From Octopus vulgaris (lineage: Eukaryota), in NCBI GenBank assembly GCA_951406725.2, contig OX597826.1, positions 10,416,001 through 10,480,000 of the forward strand: DNA of 64,000 nucleotides. The letters run 5' to 3'. The notes beneath the pieces are model-generated. The model saw only the letters and a list, made by a program, of their open reading frames with translations. It did not search any database and was not told the DNA's origin. The position numbers and the translations under genes are program-made. Shown in pieces: positions 1-12,879 of this stretch (position 1 is the stretch's first letter; every line of letters begins with the position of its first letter).

Positions 1-590
1 ACTCTTGTTTATGACCATCATGCAGTAACAAGACAAAAGAATACACATTCACACCCATATGCACACACACACACATACACACATACATACACACTAACAT
101 GATGGCCTTCTTTCAATTTCCATCTACCAAATCTACTCACAAGGTCAGCCTGGAGCTATAGTAGAAAACACTTTCCCTAAATGCTCTGTAATGGGACTGA
201 ACCTAAAACCACATGGTTGGGAAGCAAACTTCTTAACCATGCCTGTACCCATAATATCATCATCATCATCATTTAACGTCTGTCTTTCATGCTGGCATGG
301 ATTGGACATACATACATGCACACACACACACACACACACACACAGATATGGATTTATATAATCTGGTGGTAATCAGGAAAAAAAGCTCCTTTAGGGTACC
401 CGACTACAAACCTCATTGTAAACCAATACATAGGAGTGTAATGTAGAGTCCTCTGTAGTTGAAATCCAGTAAATCCAATCAGTGAAGATTATTTCATGAG
501 GATTATATAGAATATAAAGAAAGTCAGGAGGTACGAGATGAATATATTTATTTCACCAGTTGATATCCATATAAATATACTTAACCCATC

Positions 591-856
591 CCTAGCATAG
601 CTAGAGTGTTTACTGCCTGGGGTGGCCCTTCAGTTTGCCTTTCTGGGCCCTCACAAGAAATACTTATTGCCTACAACAGACCCAAAAGTGATGCTGCCCT
701 CAGGCCTCTCACAAGAAATACATATTGCTTACAGTTGACCCAAAAGTGGTGCCGCTCCCTGGCCCCCACAAGAAATACATTTTGCCTACAGCAGACCCAA
801 AAGTAATGCTGCCTGGGGCTGACTGCCCCCTGTGCATCCCTCTAGTTACACCAGTG
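591..856. mobile_element. Degenerate MITE-like element with three internal ~59-bp tandem repeats
   Basis: The unit CACAAGAAATAC...CCTACA.CAGACCCAAAAGT occurs three times (~650-815). The right end reads CACTGGTGTAACTAGAGGGG on the minus strand; the left end CTAGCATAGCTAGAG is a partial match. Confidence 0.45.
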
Positions 857-988
857 CATCTCATACCTCCTATTTTTTTATACTCTCTCTCTCTGAGGCT
901 GATGCAGCTGCTGGCTCTCCAGACCTCAGTCAAACCATCCAACCCATGCCAGCATGGGAAACGGACATTAAACAATGATGATGATGAT

Positions 989-1391
989 GGAGTGGCTGTG
1001 TGGTAAGTAGCTTGCTTACCAACCACATGGTTATGGGTTCAGTCCCACTGCGTGGCACCTTGGGCAAGTGTCTTCTACTATAGCCTCGGGCCGACCAAAA
1101 CCTTGTGAGTGAATTTGGTAGACGGAAACTGAAAGAAGCCCATCATATATATGTATGTATATATATGAATGTGCGTGTATATGTTTGTGTGTCTGTGTTT
1201 GTCCCTCCCAACATCGCTTGACAACCGATGCTGGTGTGTTTACGTCCCCGTAACTTAGTGGTTCGGCAAAAGAGACCAATAGAATAAGTACTAGGCTTAC
1301 AAAGAATATGTCCTGGGCTCGAGTTGCTCGACTAAAGGCGATACTCCAGCATGGTCACAGTCAAATGACTGAAACAAGTAAAAGAGTAAAG

Positions 1392-1392
<1 letters not shown>
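989..1392 (+). mobile_element. tRNA-derived CORE-like SINE, family A (full length)
   Basis: A-box-like TGGCTGTGTGG, B-box-like GGTTCAGTCC, CORE-like CCTTGGGCAAG, internal (TA)/(TG) tract and (GTAAAAGA)n tail. More than 15 copies in the window. Confidence 0.85.
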
Positions 1393-1427
<35 letters not shown>

Positions 1428-2093
1428 ATGTATATGTGTATATATTATTATTATTATTATTATTATTATGTGTATATATATTTACTCAACTTATTTAGAC
1501 TGAGACAAAAGTTTAGTTTGGGACTCTAAAACAGTATGTTGCTGTGTTTCAGTTTGTATTTGAAGAGTATTGCGTTATTATTATTAGGCTGTTCTTTTAA
1601 GAAGTACATTAAAGATTATATTCTATTTGTGTACCCTGGCAATTAACTAAATTGATGGAATTAACATCAATACTATGGTCTGATAAACAGGTGATGAGGT
1701 AAAAGGACTGGATTACTGCATTGAATACCTAATTGTTATTGCTTATGTCCTTCAGCCTTTTTCACATGAAATCCTTCTTGGATTTATTTTGATTTTGATC
1801 CTTCTAGATGAGTGAATTTGAGCTTCTAGATGAGTGAATTAAACCCCATTTTTTTTTTCTTAATTGAGATTTGTGATTAAAACTTTCCAGCCATAATCAT
1901 TCCAGGCATTTTTTTCCTGTCTGACATGTATCTGATCCAGTCTTTAAAATATCTTTATTAAAACACTGGGATGGGACTTGAGTGAAATTTGGTTGCTTTT
2001 ACTAGCATGTTGTATAACTATATAGTGGCTGTCTTGTTGGCTCATCTCCCCATTGTGAGATTTATAAATTAAGTACCAATTATATTTCTCTTT

Positions 2094-2489
2094 CTCTTTA
2101 CTCTTTTACTTGTTTCAGTCATTTGACTGCAGCCATGCTGGAGCACCGCCTTTAGTCGAGCAAATCGACCCCGGGACTTATTCTTTGTAAGCCTTATTCT
2201 ATCGGTCCCTTTTGCCGAACCGCTAAGTGACGGGGACGTAAACACACCAGCATCGGTTGTCAAGCAATGCTAGGGGGACAAACATACGCACACAAACACA
2301 CACACATATATATATATACCTATATACGACAGGCTTCTTTCAGTTTCCGTCTACCAAATCCACTCACAAGGCATTGGTTGGCCCAGGGCTATAGCAGAAG
2401 ACACTTGCCCAAGGTGTCATGCAGTGGGACTGAACCCGGAACCATGTGGTTGGTTAGCAAGCTACTTACCACACAGCCACTCCTGCGCC
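2094..2489 (-). mobile_element. SINE family A (full length)
   Basis: Reverse complement of 989-1392 at high identity. Confidence 0.85.
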
Positions 2490-3164
2490 TATATCATCGA
2501 CTGTCAATACAACCGACTGCAATTTTCTACTGAAACATCTGTGACCTTAAACCAATGCTTTGGTCTGGAGTCAGATTTTCATAGATCAAGTTATTGCAAC
2601 AGAAATAAATTGCTAAAAGTACAGTGTTCAAAAGTGTAGAAGAATTTTGATTGATATTCTGAATACCTTAAAATCCTGTTCAAGCATCTAAATCTAATTG
2701 TTGTGATGTATTTTTAAAATAACGTATTTATATGTGAATTGAAAGAGTCTTGTATTTTAATATTCAGTCGACATGTATTCAACAGTTAAAATGAAACTCA
2801 TACGTTTATGTTTTAAAAATAGTATGTTCTACAAATTTATAGTATTTATAATATTTCTTTTTTTTTTCTGGCTAGACAGACAGCTGATTTTTATAGGAAA
2901 TATGCTGATTTTTTATAGGTGCAGATGTAGCTGTGTGGTTAAGAAGCTTGCTTCACAACCATGCGATTTTGAATTCAGTACCACTGTGTAGCACATCTGC
3001 AATAAGCCCCAGGCTGTCCAAATCCTTGTAAGGGGACAGAAGCTGAAAGAAGCCTGTCGCGCGTGTGTGTATGTGCATGCATATATATATGTGTGTGTGT
3101 GTGTGTATATGTAGATATGTGTATATATATATATATATATACATACATACCTATATATATAGAC

Positions 3165-3315
3165 ACTCTTGGAGTGGTTGGTGTTAGGAAGGGCATCCAG
3201 CTGTAGAAACTCTGCCAGATCAGATTGGAGTCTGGTTCGCCAGACCTCAGTCAAATCGTCCAACCCATGCTAGCATGGAAAGCAGACGTTAAATGATGAT
3301 AATGATGATGATGAT
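3165..3315 (+). mobile_element. RTE LINE 3' end fragment (family D)
   Basis: GGAAGGGCATCCAGCTGTAGAAA...CCCATGCTAGCATGGAAAGC followed by (GAT)n; same 3' UTR as 55154-55838. Confidence 0.75.
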
Positions 3316-3321
3316 ATATAT

Positions 3322-3634
3322 GTGGAGGCGCAATGGCCCAGTGGTTAGGGCAGTGGACTCGCAGTCGTAGGATCGCGGTTTCGATTCCCAGACCGGGCGT
3401 TGTGAGTGCTTATTGAGCGAAAACACCTAAAGCTCCACGAGGCTCCAGCAGGGGGTGGTGGCAATCCCTGCTGTACTCTTTCGCCACAACTTTCTCTCAC
3501 TCTTTTTTCTGTTGGCCTGCCCTCTTAGCCAACGGGGTGGCATCATTTGAAGGCTAAAACAATGCGAAGCGCATTGTGACCAGCGATGTGTAACAGCATC
3601 TGATAGCCTGGTCGGTCACGGTGATCATGGTGAT
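3322..3634 (+). mobile_element. tRNA-derived SINE, family C, tail type 1
   Basis: tRNA-like head GGCGCAATGGCCCAGTGGTTAGGGCAG...GGTTTCGATTCCC; tail ends (CACGGTGAT)n. Near-identical copies at 17041 and 19639. Confidence 0.85.
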
Positions 3635-3635
3635 G

Positions 3636-3847
3636 ACGCCATGATAGATCGTTAACTCCTACACGCATTTTTTTCTCTCTCTTTGTTTCTCTCCTTGTTT
3701 TTTTCTATGTATCTTTCTGTTGAAGAGCGTAGGCTCGAAACATAAAAGACTTGTTCTATTTCTATTTCTGAGTGCCATACTAATACATTTGTTTGTTTGT
3801 ACTCCACCTGCCTTCGTCTTTTGTTTATTTTCGTAAACCTTCCCGTT
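3636..3847 (+). mobile_element. Short hammerhead-bearing Penelope-like/retrozyme-like element ending in (TA)n
   Basis: TCTTT-CTGTTGA-AGAGCGTAGGCTC-GAAAC-ATA-AAAGA at 3712-3749. Homologous copies at 28543-28737 (-) and 51957-52112. Confidence 0.6.
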
Positions 3848-4469
3848 ATATATATATATACATAGAAAACAACAAAATAAAGCTAATTCTACCCAGTAAT
3901 ACCTACCAGTATTTTTTTTAGTATATTAAAGCTTTATAGGAGAACCAACTTTGCATAAAGGCCCAGGATGGTCTTATAATGCCATTAAATATACAAATGT
4001 GGAACAGCACAAGCTGTAATATTTTGTCTCAGACAGACTTTTGTGCTAAAAACACAGGACATCACTCAGAATGCTTATCACTACCTGTAGATGGTTACTA
4101 TTTTCACTGCTTTAGTATTTTGTGAGGTGGGGGTTCCCAAATTTTATCTATGTCCTACTGCAACAAATTTTTTTTGACATTATCAGAGATTATTATATCC
4201 TTATCGTGTGGATGAGATTGGTGATGTGAAAGAAAAAAGTGGAATGAAAGATTAAATAACAGATTGAACAGTGGAAAGATAAATTAAATGATTATCAATA
4301 AAATGTTTTGTTCCTCTATGTTGAATTCAAATCTTGTCAAGGATCAAACTTAGACTTCTATGCTTCCAGGATCAATATAAATAATACCAGTCATATTTTG
4401 GGGTTGATCGTCAATCATTGGTTGTTGTCATCGTTGTTGCCATCATCACTGCTACTGCTGTCATCATTT

Positions 4470-5065
4470 TAACATTTACTTTCCATGCTTGCATGAGTCA
4501 GACAGAATTTACCTTCTGAGTTCAAATTCCGCCGAAGTTGACTTTGCCTTTCATCCTTTCGGGGTTGATACATTAAGTACCAGTTGCATACTGGGGATCG
4601 ATGTAATCGACTCACCCCCTTCCCTAAAATTTCAGGCCTTGTGCCAAGTGTAGAAAATCTGTCTTCTGTAATTACTACACATAAGAGATTATATCTGTAA
4701 GCAATAAACATGTTATCTGAGACATCAGTTCCTAATAATATCTCAAATCAATATGCTCCAGTCACCAAACGTCACTTGCTTCCAAGCAAGATAATACTTT
4801 CTGATGGCCAGACATATTTTTGTGGAATATAGGAAATAAACGATGCTGTCATGTGATGTCAAGACAAGGAGATACAAACATACGGACATACACTCACATA
4901 CACACACACACACACATATACACGATGGGCTTCTTTCAGTTTCCATCTACCAGATCTACTCACAAGGCTTTGGTCAGCACCGAGGCAGAAGTAGAAGACA
5001 CTTGTCTAAGATGCCATAGAGTGGTATTGAACTCAAAACAAAGTGGTTAGGAAGCAAACTTCTCA
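4470..5065 (-). mobile_element. SINE family E (family A head + RTE-type tail), interrupted by a family B fragment and a templated insert
   Basis: Family A head at 4925-5065, E body at 4760-4880, RTE-like CATGCAAGCATGGAAA tail at ~4470-4500. Confidence 0.6.
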
Positions 5066-5184
5066 CCTGTACTAATCTCAGTGTGAGAAACCATCTTTGT
5101 TATTTGTACCATTCCATCACAAGAAATTGGGCTTTAGATTAACCTGGAACAGGATCTGCACGGTAATGTTGGTTTATCACTGCA

Positions 5185-5600
5185 TAGCACCTTGGGCAAG
5201 TGTCTTCTACTATATCCTTGGGCCGACCAAAGCCTTGCAAGTGGATTTGGTGGACCAAAGCCATGTGAGTAGATTTGGAAACTGAAAGAAGCCCGTCATA
5301 TCATCATCATCATCATCATCATCATATATATATATATATTGTGTGTATGTATGTGTGTGTGTGTGTGTGTATGTGTATGTCTTTGTGTCTGTCACCCCAT
5401 CACCACCTGACAACCAGTGTTGGTGTGTTTACGTTCCCATAACTTAGCGGTTCAGCAACAGAGATCTAATAGAGTAAGTACCAGGCTTGAAAAAAAACAA
5501 AATAAATCTTGGGGTTGATTTGTTTGACTAAAAGCCTTCAAGGCGATGCTCCCGCATGGCCACAGTCAAATGACCGAAACAAGTAAAAGAATAAAAGAAT
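5185..5600 (+). mobile_element. SINE family A (5'-truncated, diverged), next to a hAT MITE fragment
   Basis: CACCTTGGGCAAG...CAAGTAAAAGAATAAAAGA. Confidence 0.75.
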
Positions 5601-6469
5601 ATTTGTACAATTAAATATTATTGGAAATTGCATTAAAAAAACTGTTTAAATATTTTGTGTATTGTAAAAGTATAACTAATTTATTTCACATAAATTTTAA
5701 CAAGGAAATCTTATATGGGGCCCCCAAGGGTCATATGGATCCCAATTGAGAGCCACTGGGCTAGATTGTCATGGCTGGAGTGCTTTTGGATTGTGGGTTT
5801 GTTTGTTTGTTTACTTGTTCAGTCATAGCTTCTACCTTGGTTAAACAACAACCTTGATCTCTCACTCTCTCCATTCCTTCCCTCTCTTTCTTTCTCTCTC
5901 TCTTTCACGCACAACTTTTATTGTATGTTGTAATATTTATTTTTATTGTGTTTTGCTTCCACTTGACATTTCACTGAGACTAATAGTTACTTCTGTTAGT
6001 ATTTACTGGTTGCTGGATTAACATGTCACCCGATATCCACCACCACCACCACCACCACCACCACTATCCCTCCTCCTCATCCTGCGCTTAAAGAAAGCAC
6101 TTTTAGTAAGCGTTTTAAATAGTAAGTGAGATCTGGTGAGCATGAGCAGGTTTTAGTAGACTGCTAGTTAAAGTACACTTTACCTAAATCTATTAGAGAT
6201 ATAACTAAAATGTACTTTTAGATGTTATGTGCCACATTTAAGATTATTATCAGCTTACTAATGTTGTAATAATTGTTGTTGTTAGGCTGGGCTGATTTCT
6301 CTTCCCTTTCTTTCCTTTTTTTATTTTATTATACACAACACAGAAATTCTACATCAGCTCTAATGCCTGTGTTGTTGTGGTTTATATCCACTTGCAGGCT
6401 GTGAGCATTAACCTACTGTCCCTGTTCTTGTTGTTGATGTTGCTGTTAGCTTCCATCTGCTCGATCATC

Positions 6470-6672
6470 TGTTACTCTCAACCAGGATTTAGTAACCCCG
6501 TGATGAAAAGCCTTCCAACCATAACCATCCCATCTTGTATGGGATATCTAAGATTACTCTATGTAGTATGGCTTCCTCTGTCTCGTTTCTGTTTAGATGA
6601 TAGGGTTGTGATTTGAGGAGGATTTGGTTGCTATTTCTAACAGATCAAGTGACCATGTTGTGGCTGCCTTGT
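6470..6672 (-). repeat. Interspersed repeat family F (CTGCTAGAAATAGCAGCCAAAT core, (AAC)n end)
   Basis: Diverged copies at ~1880-2040, 19200-19400, 26490-26620, 36720-36915, 40180-40720 and 60000-60600. Confidence 0.6.
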
Positions 6673-7136
6673 TATCCCGTGCATCATCATGTTTGTCATG
6701 GTAGTGCAGTGGTTAGTGTCATAGGGGTATATGTGTGTATGTGGGTGGGTGGTATGGATAAACAGCTTGTTATTAATAGCATTATTTTAATATGATTATG
6801 TATGTTTTTATACAATAAATTAATTGTGTAAATTTTACGTGAATAAGCTATTCAATGTGTTAGGTGTCACATCATATACATTCATGCTTTATAATTGCGG
6901 TTTATACATATACACATACATACATACGCACGTGTGTGCATGCATGTGTGGGCAGGTGCTTGTAATTAAGAAGCTTTCTTCCCTACACTTAGTTTCAGGT
7001 CCAGGGTGAGTGGATTTGGTGGACAGAAACTGAAAGAAGTATTTTGTGTGTATTTGTGTGTATATATATATATATATATATACCTGAAAAAATTGGAGTC
7101 AACAAGAAGGGGTATGGTTGGACATTTATTTTTTAA

Positions 7137-7241
7137 TCACTACAATTGTTTCCACACAACGTAGTTCTCCAAATGTGCAGGTACTTGATTATGCAACAGT
7201 TTCTCTGCATTGTGAGATCTAGTTGTGTTTCCTCAAGCGAT
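7137..7241 (-). ncRNA. Putative type I hammerhead ribozyme with long stem II
   Basis: Minus strand: ATCGC-TTGAGGA-[AACACAAC...GTTGTGTG]-GAAAC-AATT-GTA-GTGAT. Stem I ATCGC/GTGAT pairs with one G-U; stem III is the palindrome ACAATTGT. Confidence 0.6.
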
Positions 7242-7399
7242 ATGTAAATATTGACTCCAATTTTTCCAATTATCTATTCACACACGATAGATGTCCAAAC
7301 ACAAACCTGGAAGTACATATTACACTACTCCTGGATAGCACAGGATAAATCTGAAGGTGGACAAGCTTTATACTGTACTCTACTACATTCTTAACCGCC

Positions 7400-7778
<379 letters not shown>

Positions 7779-8220
7779 GGTTGTGTGTGTGAGTTGGTGT
7801 CTTCTTGTCTTCACATTGATTGGTAGTTGTGAATCAGTGTCACTGTCAGACAGGTAGTATCCTTTGTTTCCAATATCCATGTCCAGCCATGGGGAAATAT
7901 TCCCTTTCTTGGAAACAGGTGAGGGTTTGTGACAAGAAGAGCATCTAGCCATAAAAAAATCAGAGTAAAACAGTAAATAGAAGAATATAGACAAGAGAAT
8001 AAAGTTCACAGCTCATCTTCTTCCTGAGGGTATGGAGGTTGGTCCATACTTCTGTGAAGGTGTAGGTCATTGGGTATAATCTCAGGTGAACCCAGGCAGT
8101 ATTTTGAATGTAGCATTCATGTTGAAGGATACTGTTTTACTCTTTATTCTTCTATCGACTATATTTTATTCCTTTATAAACTGTGAATTCCTTGTCTAGA
8201 ACTTTCATACATACTCCCCT

Positions 8221-8298
8221 TGTCTCTGATGATGGAATACTCAGTGTATGGAGATGCTAACCCATTACTTGGGATATCCCAGAAACAACTGTAAGACA
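8221..8298 (+). ncRNA. Putative type I hammerhead ribozyme with canonical core
   Basis: TGTCT-CTGATGA-[TGGAATACTCAGT...ACTTGGGATATCCCA]-GAAAC-AACT-GTA-AGACA. Perfect 5-bp stem I; predicted cleavage after 8293. Confidence 0.7.
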
Positions 8299-8407
8299 TC
8301 CAATAATTAATTAATTAATTACCTCAAATTCACCTTACTCTAATTAAATATTCTAAATGACTTGAGATATTTGTTCTGCCTTGGTTTTTGTTGTCCTTTT
8401 TCCTTTA

Positions 8408-8440
<33 letters not shown>

Positions 8441-8808
8441 TGTACTTGTCATCACAATCATCATCTTGTAATGTCTGTCTTCCATGCTGGTGTTGAATGA
8501 TAAGAAAATAGAGTGGTGCTTCTCCCTCCCATAAGATTGTAAGACCAGCTTTCATATGGATAGGCAACCATATTGTGGAATGCAGTAAAGTTTGAAGTCC
8601 AAGGAAAAAGGTGACACTTACGATAGCACTAATAACAAAGGATCACTTGTGCCCATCAATTAGATCATATATCAGAAAATTATTTAATTTGAAAGCATCT
8701 TTTATCAGTTTTTCCTTTTACCAATGTCTATATCTTTCTGTGATATACATTGGTGATATGTATATATACATACATACATACATACATACATACATACATA
8801 CACACAAA

Positions 8809-8894
<86 letters not shown>

Positions 8895-9764
8895 CCATTA
8901 TGAAAGGTTGCTAAATGAAGAGAATGAATGGGAGAAAGAGAGTCTGCTGAATGTCGACCCAACAAAGGGACCAGTTATCCGAATTGACAGAACCTTGGTA
9001 GATAAAGTAAGTGCCAGTGCAGCATAACCTGTACCTTTAAAAGTACCCTTCAACCATTGGGAAATAAACTGCGCTTGTGAAGACCTGTTGAGGCCGAAGA
9101 CCTGTCATGGTCGATGACAGTACCACCTGATTGGCACCCGTGCCAGTGGCACATAAGAAGCACCATTCGAGCATGCTCATTGCCAGTGTCGCCTGACTGG
9201 CTCTTGTGCTGGTGGCATGTAAAAAAACACCATTCGAGTGTGGTTGTTGCCAGTGCTGCCATTTGTGTGTGGTTCGAATCTTTTTACATGTGCCACACAT
9301 ATATACGACGGGCTTCTTTCAGTTTCCGTCTACCAAATCCACTCACAAGGCTTTTGGTCGGCCCGAGGCTATAGTAGAAGACACTTGCCCAAGGTGCCAC
9401 GCAGTGGGACTGAACCTGGAACCATGTGGTTCATAAGCAAGCTACTTACTACACAGCCACTCCTACGCCTATTATTGCAATTTATTGCAGATAAGATTTT
9501 AACAACGAAATCTTACATGGGCCCCAAGGGCCATGTGAACCCCCAAGGTCCACATGAACTCCCAAGGACCATATGGACCCCGGTTAAGATCCACTGGATT
9601 AAACAAACAACAATAACACCTGTAGATAATTTGGCCCACTTGATTGATAAAAACTCAAGTGGAATTCAAGTAAGAGTCGAGTTCGTCTGTCAAGATTTTA
9701 ATTTTTTTATAGGTTTGGTCTGGAGGTGAAAAAAGCTCTGCCGATGGTTTTTGTGACTAATGAG

Positions 9765-10135
9765 GATGACATGGTTAATGGTCCTTCTGAACAAGTCAAT
9801 GACTGCAAGAATAACCTATGCAGGGAAGGAATTTCAGTGGACCGATGCTCTTATAATGGGGTAGGGGGTGGGGTGTAATATGGGAAGTGAGAAAGGGAAA
9901 GATGAGTGAGTTAGGAGTGCCTGGGTGGAGGAGACCTGAGACCAGCCGGCTCTGAGGAGCAAAGGTCACTTCACTTGTGTAGTAAGTGGGAGAGAAAGTG
10001 GAGAGAAGCGAGAGGAGTCTGCCAGTCAGAGCTTGGTGGGTGTTGGTGAGCAATTTCATGCTGATCAATTGATTGGCCTGTCTTTGAATACTGTCTAGGA
10101 TGTCTGCATTGTGTAGCAGCAGCAGCACCATCCTA
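9765..10135 (-). pseudogene. Decayed LINE (Jockey/CR1-group) ORF2 C-terminal fragment
   Basis: ILDSIQRQANQLI...LTNTHQAL, then (frameshifted) L*NSFPA*V...DLFRRTIN, resembling the LD.IQ..A..LI...LWNSLP..VF...FK C-terminus of these LINEs. Confidence 0.55.
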
Positions 10136-11064
10136 GATTAGCTGCAGGAAGGACAATCTGCAATAAAACTTATTATTTCAACAACAATATATAAATGTTC
10201 AAAATTGTCGAAAAACATCCTCCTACCCATGCAAGAATAGAAAAATGGATGTAAAACAGTCTTCTTCCTCCTTTCCCTTCTCGCTCCACCCCACCCACAA
10301 CAACAAAAAAAGAATTCAACCAATCAGTTTGATCTGCTCAGTATCAACACTACCCTCACCTGTCTAAAGTGCTTATGAGATAAATGAAATGAAATAGAAT
10401 TATTTGTAACTGGTGTGTCTAAGTATAATATTTATTGATTTTTTTTATAGATATTATTAGTAACCAGAACCCATGCAAGCATGGAAAAGTGGACGTGAAA
10501 ATGATGATGATGATGATGATGATGGTGTCGGTGTCTGAAGATACCATTTTTATTGTTAGTGGATATCATTATTAGTTACCAATATATCAAGGTAGCATAT
10601 TGATTTGAGATATTATTAGGAACTGATGTCTCAAGATAACATGTTTATTGCTTACAGATATAATCTCTTATGTGTAGTAATTACAGAAGACAGATTTTTT
10701 GTTTTCTTCCTCTTTCTTCAACTATTCATCATCACCACTGTTCACCATTAATACCAGCAGCATCAACATTACCACTAAAGGCAAAGCAATGGTCTTATTG
10801 TTAGACTATAGGACGTGATTAGGCTATAGACAAAGTAGTGTCTTGTCTGGCAGTTTTTGGTTTCTATAAGGCAATGGTTGTCTGAGCAATTTCATTTCCC
10901 CCTTGCTCAGTAAAGTAAATGCCGTTTACCACTGAGGTGTTGTGGCTTTCATTTTCAGGTAAGTAAAGTGTGTGGATCTTTGTCATTTCAATAACGAGTA
11001 TTCAGTTCTTTGATCGACTGAATTCCCTGTTTATTGAATTGATACATTAATGATTGTGAATTAT

Positions 11065-11305
11065 GTCCTTCTTGAGCCATGCCAGGCTCATAAGGGCCGG
11101 TTTCCCAGTTTCAGTGGCGTAGAAATTCCTCACCTGGACGGGACGCCGGTCCGTTGCAGGATTACCCATTTTTGCCAGCTGAGTGGACTGGAGCAACATG
11201 AAAATGAAGTGTTTTGCTCAAGAACACAACACATTGCCCGGTCCAGGAATCGAAACCACAACCTTACAATCACAAGTTCTACACCCTAACCACTAAGCCA
11301 CGTGT
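11065..11305 (-). mobile_element. tRNA-derived SINE with CORE-like body and V-domain-like tail type 2
   Basis: Minus strand: TGGCTTAGTGGTTAGGGTG...GTTTCGATTCC...CTTGAGCAAAACACTT...CGGACCGGCGTCCCGTCCAGG. Related copy at 61180-61415. Confidence 0.7.
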
Positions 11306-11901
11306 CTCTACTGATTGTGAATTCAATACACAGGTCTACTCTTAACATTATCACCTGGCAGGATCTGCATGACACATCATGTAACAATGCTGGACATTGG
11401 AATTACAGTTACAATCCACCTGATGGGCTTCCATACAGTTTCTGTCTATCTGATTTCATCCACAAAGCTTGGATCAACCTCAGATTATGATGAAAGACAC
11501 TTGCCCAAGATCCCATCGCAGTGGGATTGAACCTGGGTCTTGTGATTGTAAAGCAAACTTTTGCAATCATCCAACCATGCTGTGTCCATATTTATGTTTA
11601 AAGTATGGCCTTACTGGCTAGATGTATGGATGTGTTTAATACAGCTATTGAGTCCTTCTTTTACTTGTTTCTGTCGTAGGTCTGTGGCCATGCTGGAGTA
11701 ACCACCTTGAAGAGTTTTAGTGAAATAAATCAACTTCTTTATTTCTTTTTATTTTAATTCTGGTATGCATTTTATTAGTTGCTTTTGCTGAATCTCTAAG
11801 TTATGAGGACATAGAACAACACTGTTTGTTAAGTGGTGGTGGGGTGGGGGTGTCAGCAAACATAGACAAAAAGACACACACACACACATGCATGTATATA
11901 T

Positions 11902-12130
11902 TTCTTTATTGCCCACAAGGGACTAAACACAGAGGGGACAAACAAGGACAGACAAAGGGATTAAGTCGATTACATTGACCCTAGTGCATAACTGGTACTT
12001 TATTTATCGACCCTGAAAGGATGAAAGGCAAAGTCAACCTCGGTGGAATTTGAACTCCGAACCTAACGGCAGACGAAATACCGGTAAGCATTTCGCCCGG
12101 CGTGCTAACGATTCTGTCAGCTCACTGCCT
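11902..12130 (-). mobile_element. SINE family B (Meta-domain-like), nested in an old family A copy
   Basis: Core GACTTTGCCTTTCATCCTTTC.GGGTCGATAAA..AAGTACCAG; family A halves at 11655-11880 and 12145-12295. Confidence 0.8.
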
Positions 12131-12529
12131 ACACATGCATATATACAATGGGCCTCCGCTCATTTTCCATCCATCAAATTTGCCCATAAAGCACTGGTCA
12201 ACCTGGGGCTCTTGTCAAAAGCACCTGTCCAATGTGTGCCATACAGGGAACTGAACTTGAACTCTCATGGTTGCAAAGTGAGATTTTTAACCATGACACA
12301 CTATATCTACTTCAGTCTATCAACTAACAATTTCCTTGACTATTTTACAACTGAGAAATACATTTGTTGTTGCTGTTGTTGTTGTGCAGCTCCAGGTCAG
12401 CTCTGATCAAAACAGTCTTATAATCATCAGGTTAAACAATGAGGTGCTTCCCACAGATCCATCTTTCCAATTATGCTCTGTCTCCGTCTGGCTTTAGACC
12501 ACACAGCATAATTTGATAAGCAGGAATTA

Positions 12530-12690
12530 ATCATATGGGTGTAGTGCAATATGACAGTTTGGACATATTGCACTAGCTTCACTGTCTAGTCTATTTCTGT
12601 AGATTCTTGTGGTGGCCACAGCAGAGCCAGGCAAGCTAGAGTTGGTGAGAACGACTGATGCTTCTCTGCATTATTGTTGGTGGTGAGCTT
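12530..12690 (-). pseudogene. Possible decayed I-group LINE C-terminal zinc-knuckle region
   Basis: Minus strand LAWLCCGHH, then (frameshift) RLDSEASAICPNC...H, resembling LARLRxGH...CPxC...H. Confidence 0.35.
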
Positions 12691-12879
12691 CTCAGTAATG
12701 TGAAGCTACTGAGACTATTGATGTTGCAGCTAGTTTTGTGTGTATGTGGTTTTATTTATGTTTTTCTATGTTAATTGGGAAAGGTATGGGAGGAGTTAAT
12801 GTTAGGAAAAGGTTACACTAATGTCCAAATTTGGAAATGGCATTACAGTTATGCAAGGATCAACATTATTATCGATGGA

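Noticed and set aside
2267-2533. Recurrent ORFs RQASFSFRLPNPLTR... and LIYRPRKDERQSRPRR...
   Set aside because: Antisense translations of SINE families A and B, not a gene family.
3322-3400. tRNA gene
   Set aside because: tRNA-like head continues into a multi-copy SINE body; the acceptor stem is not intact.
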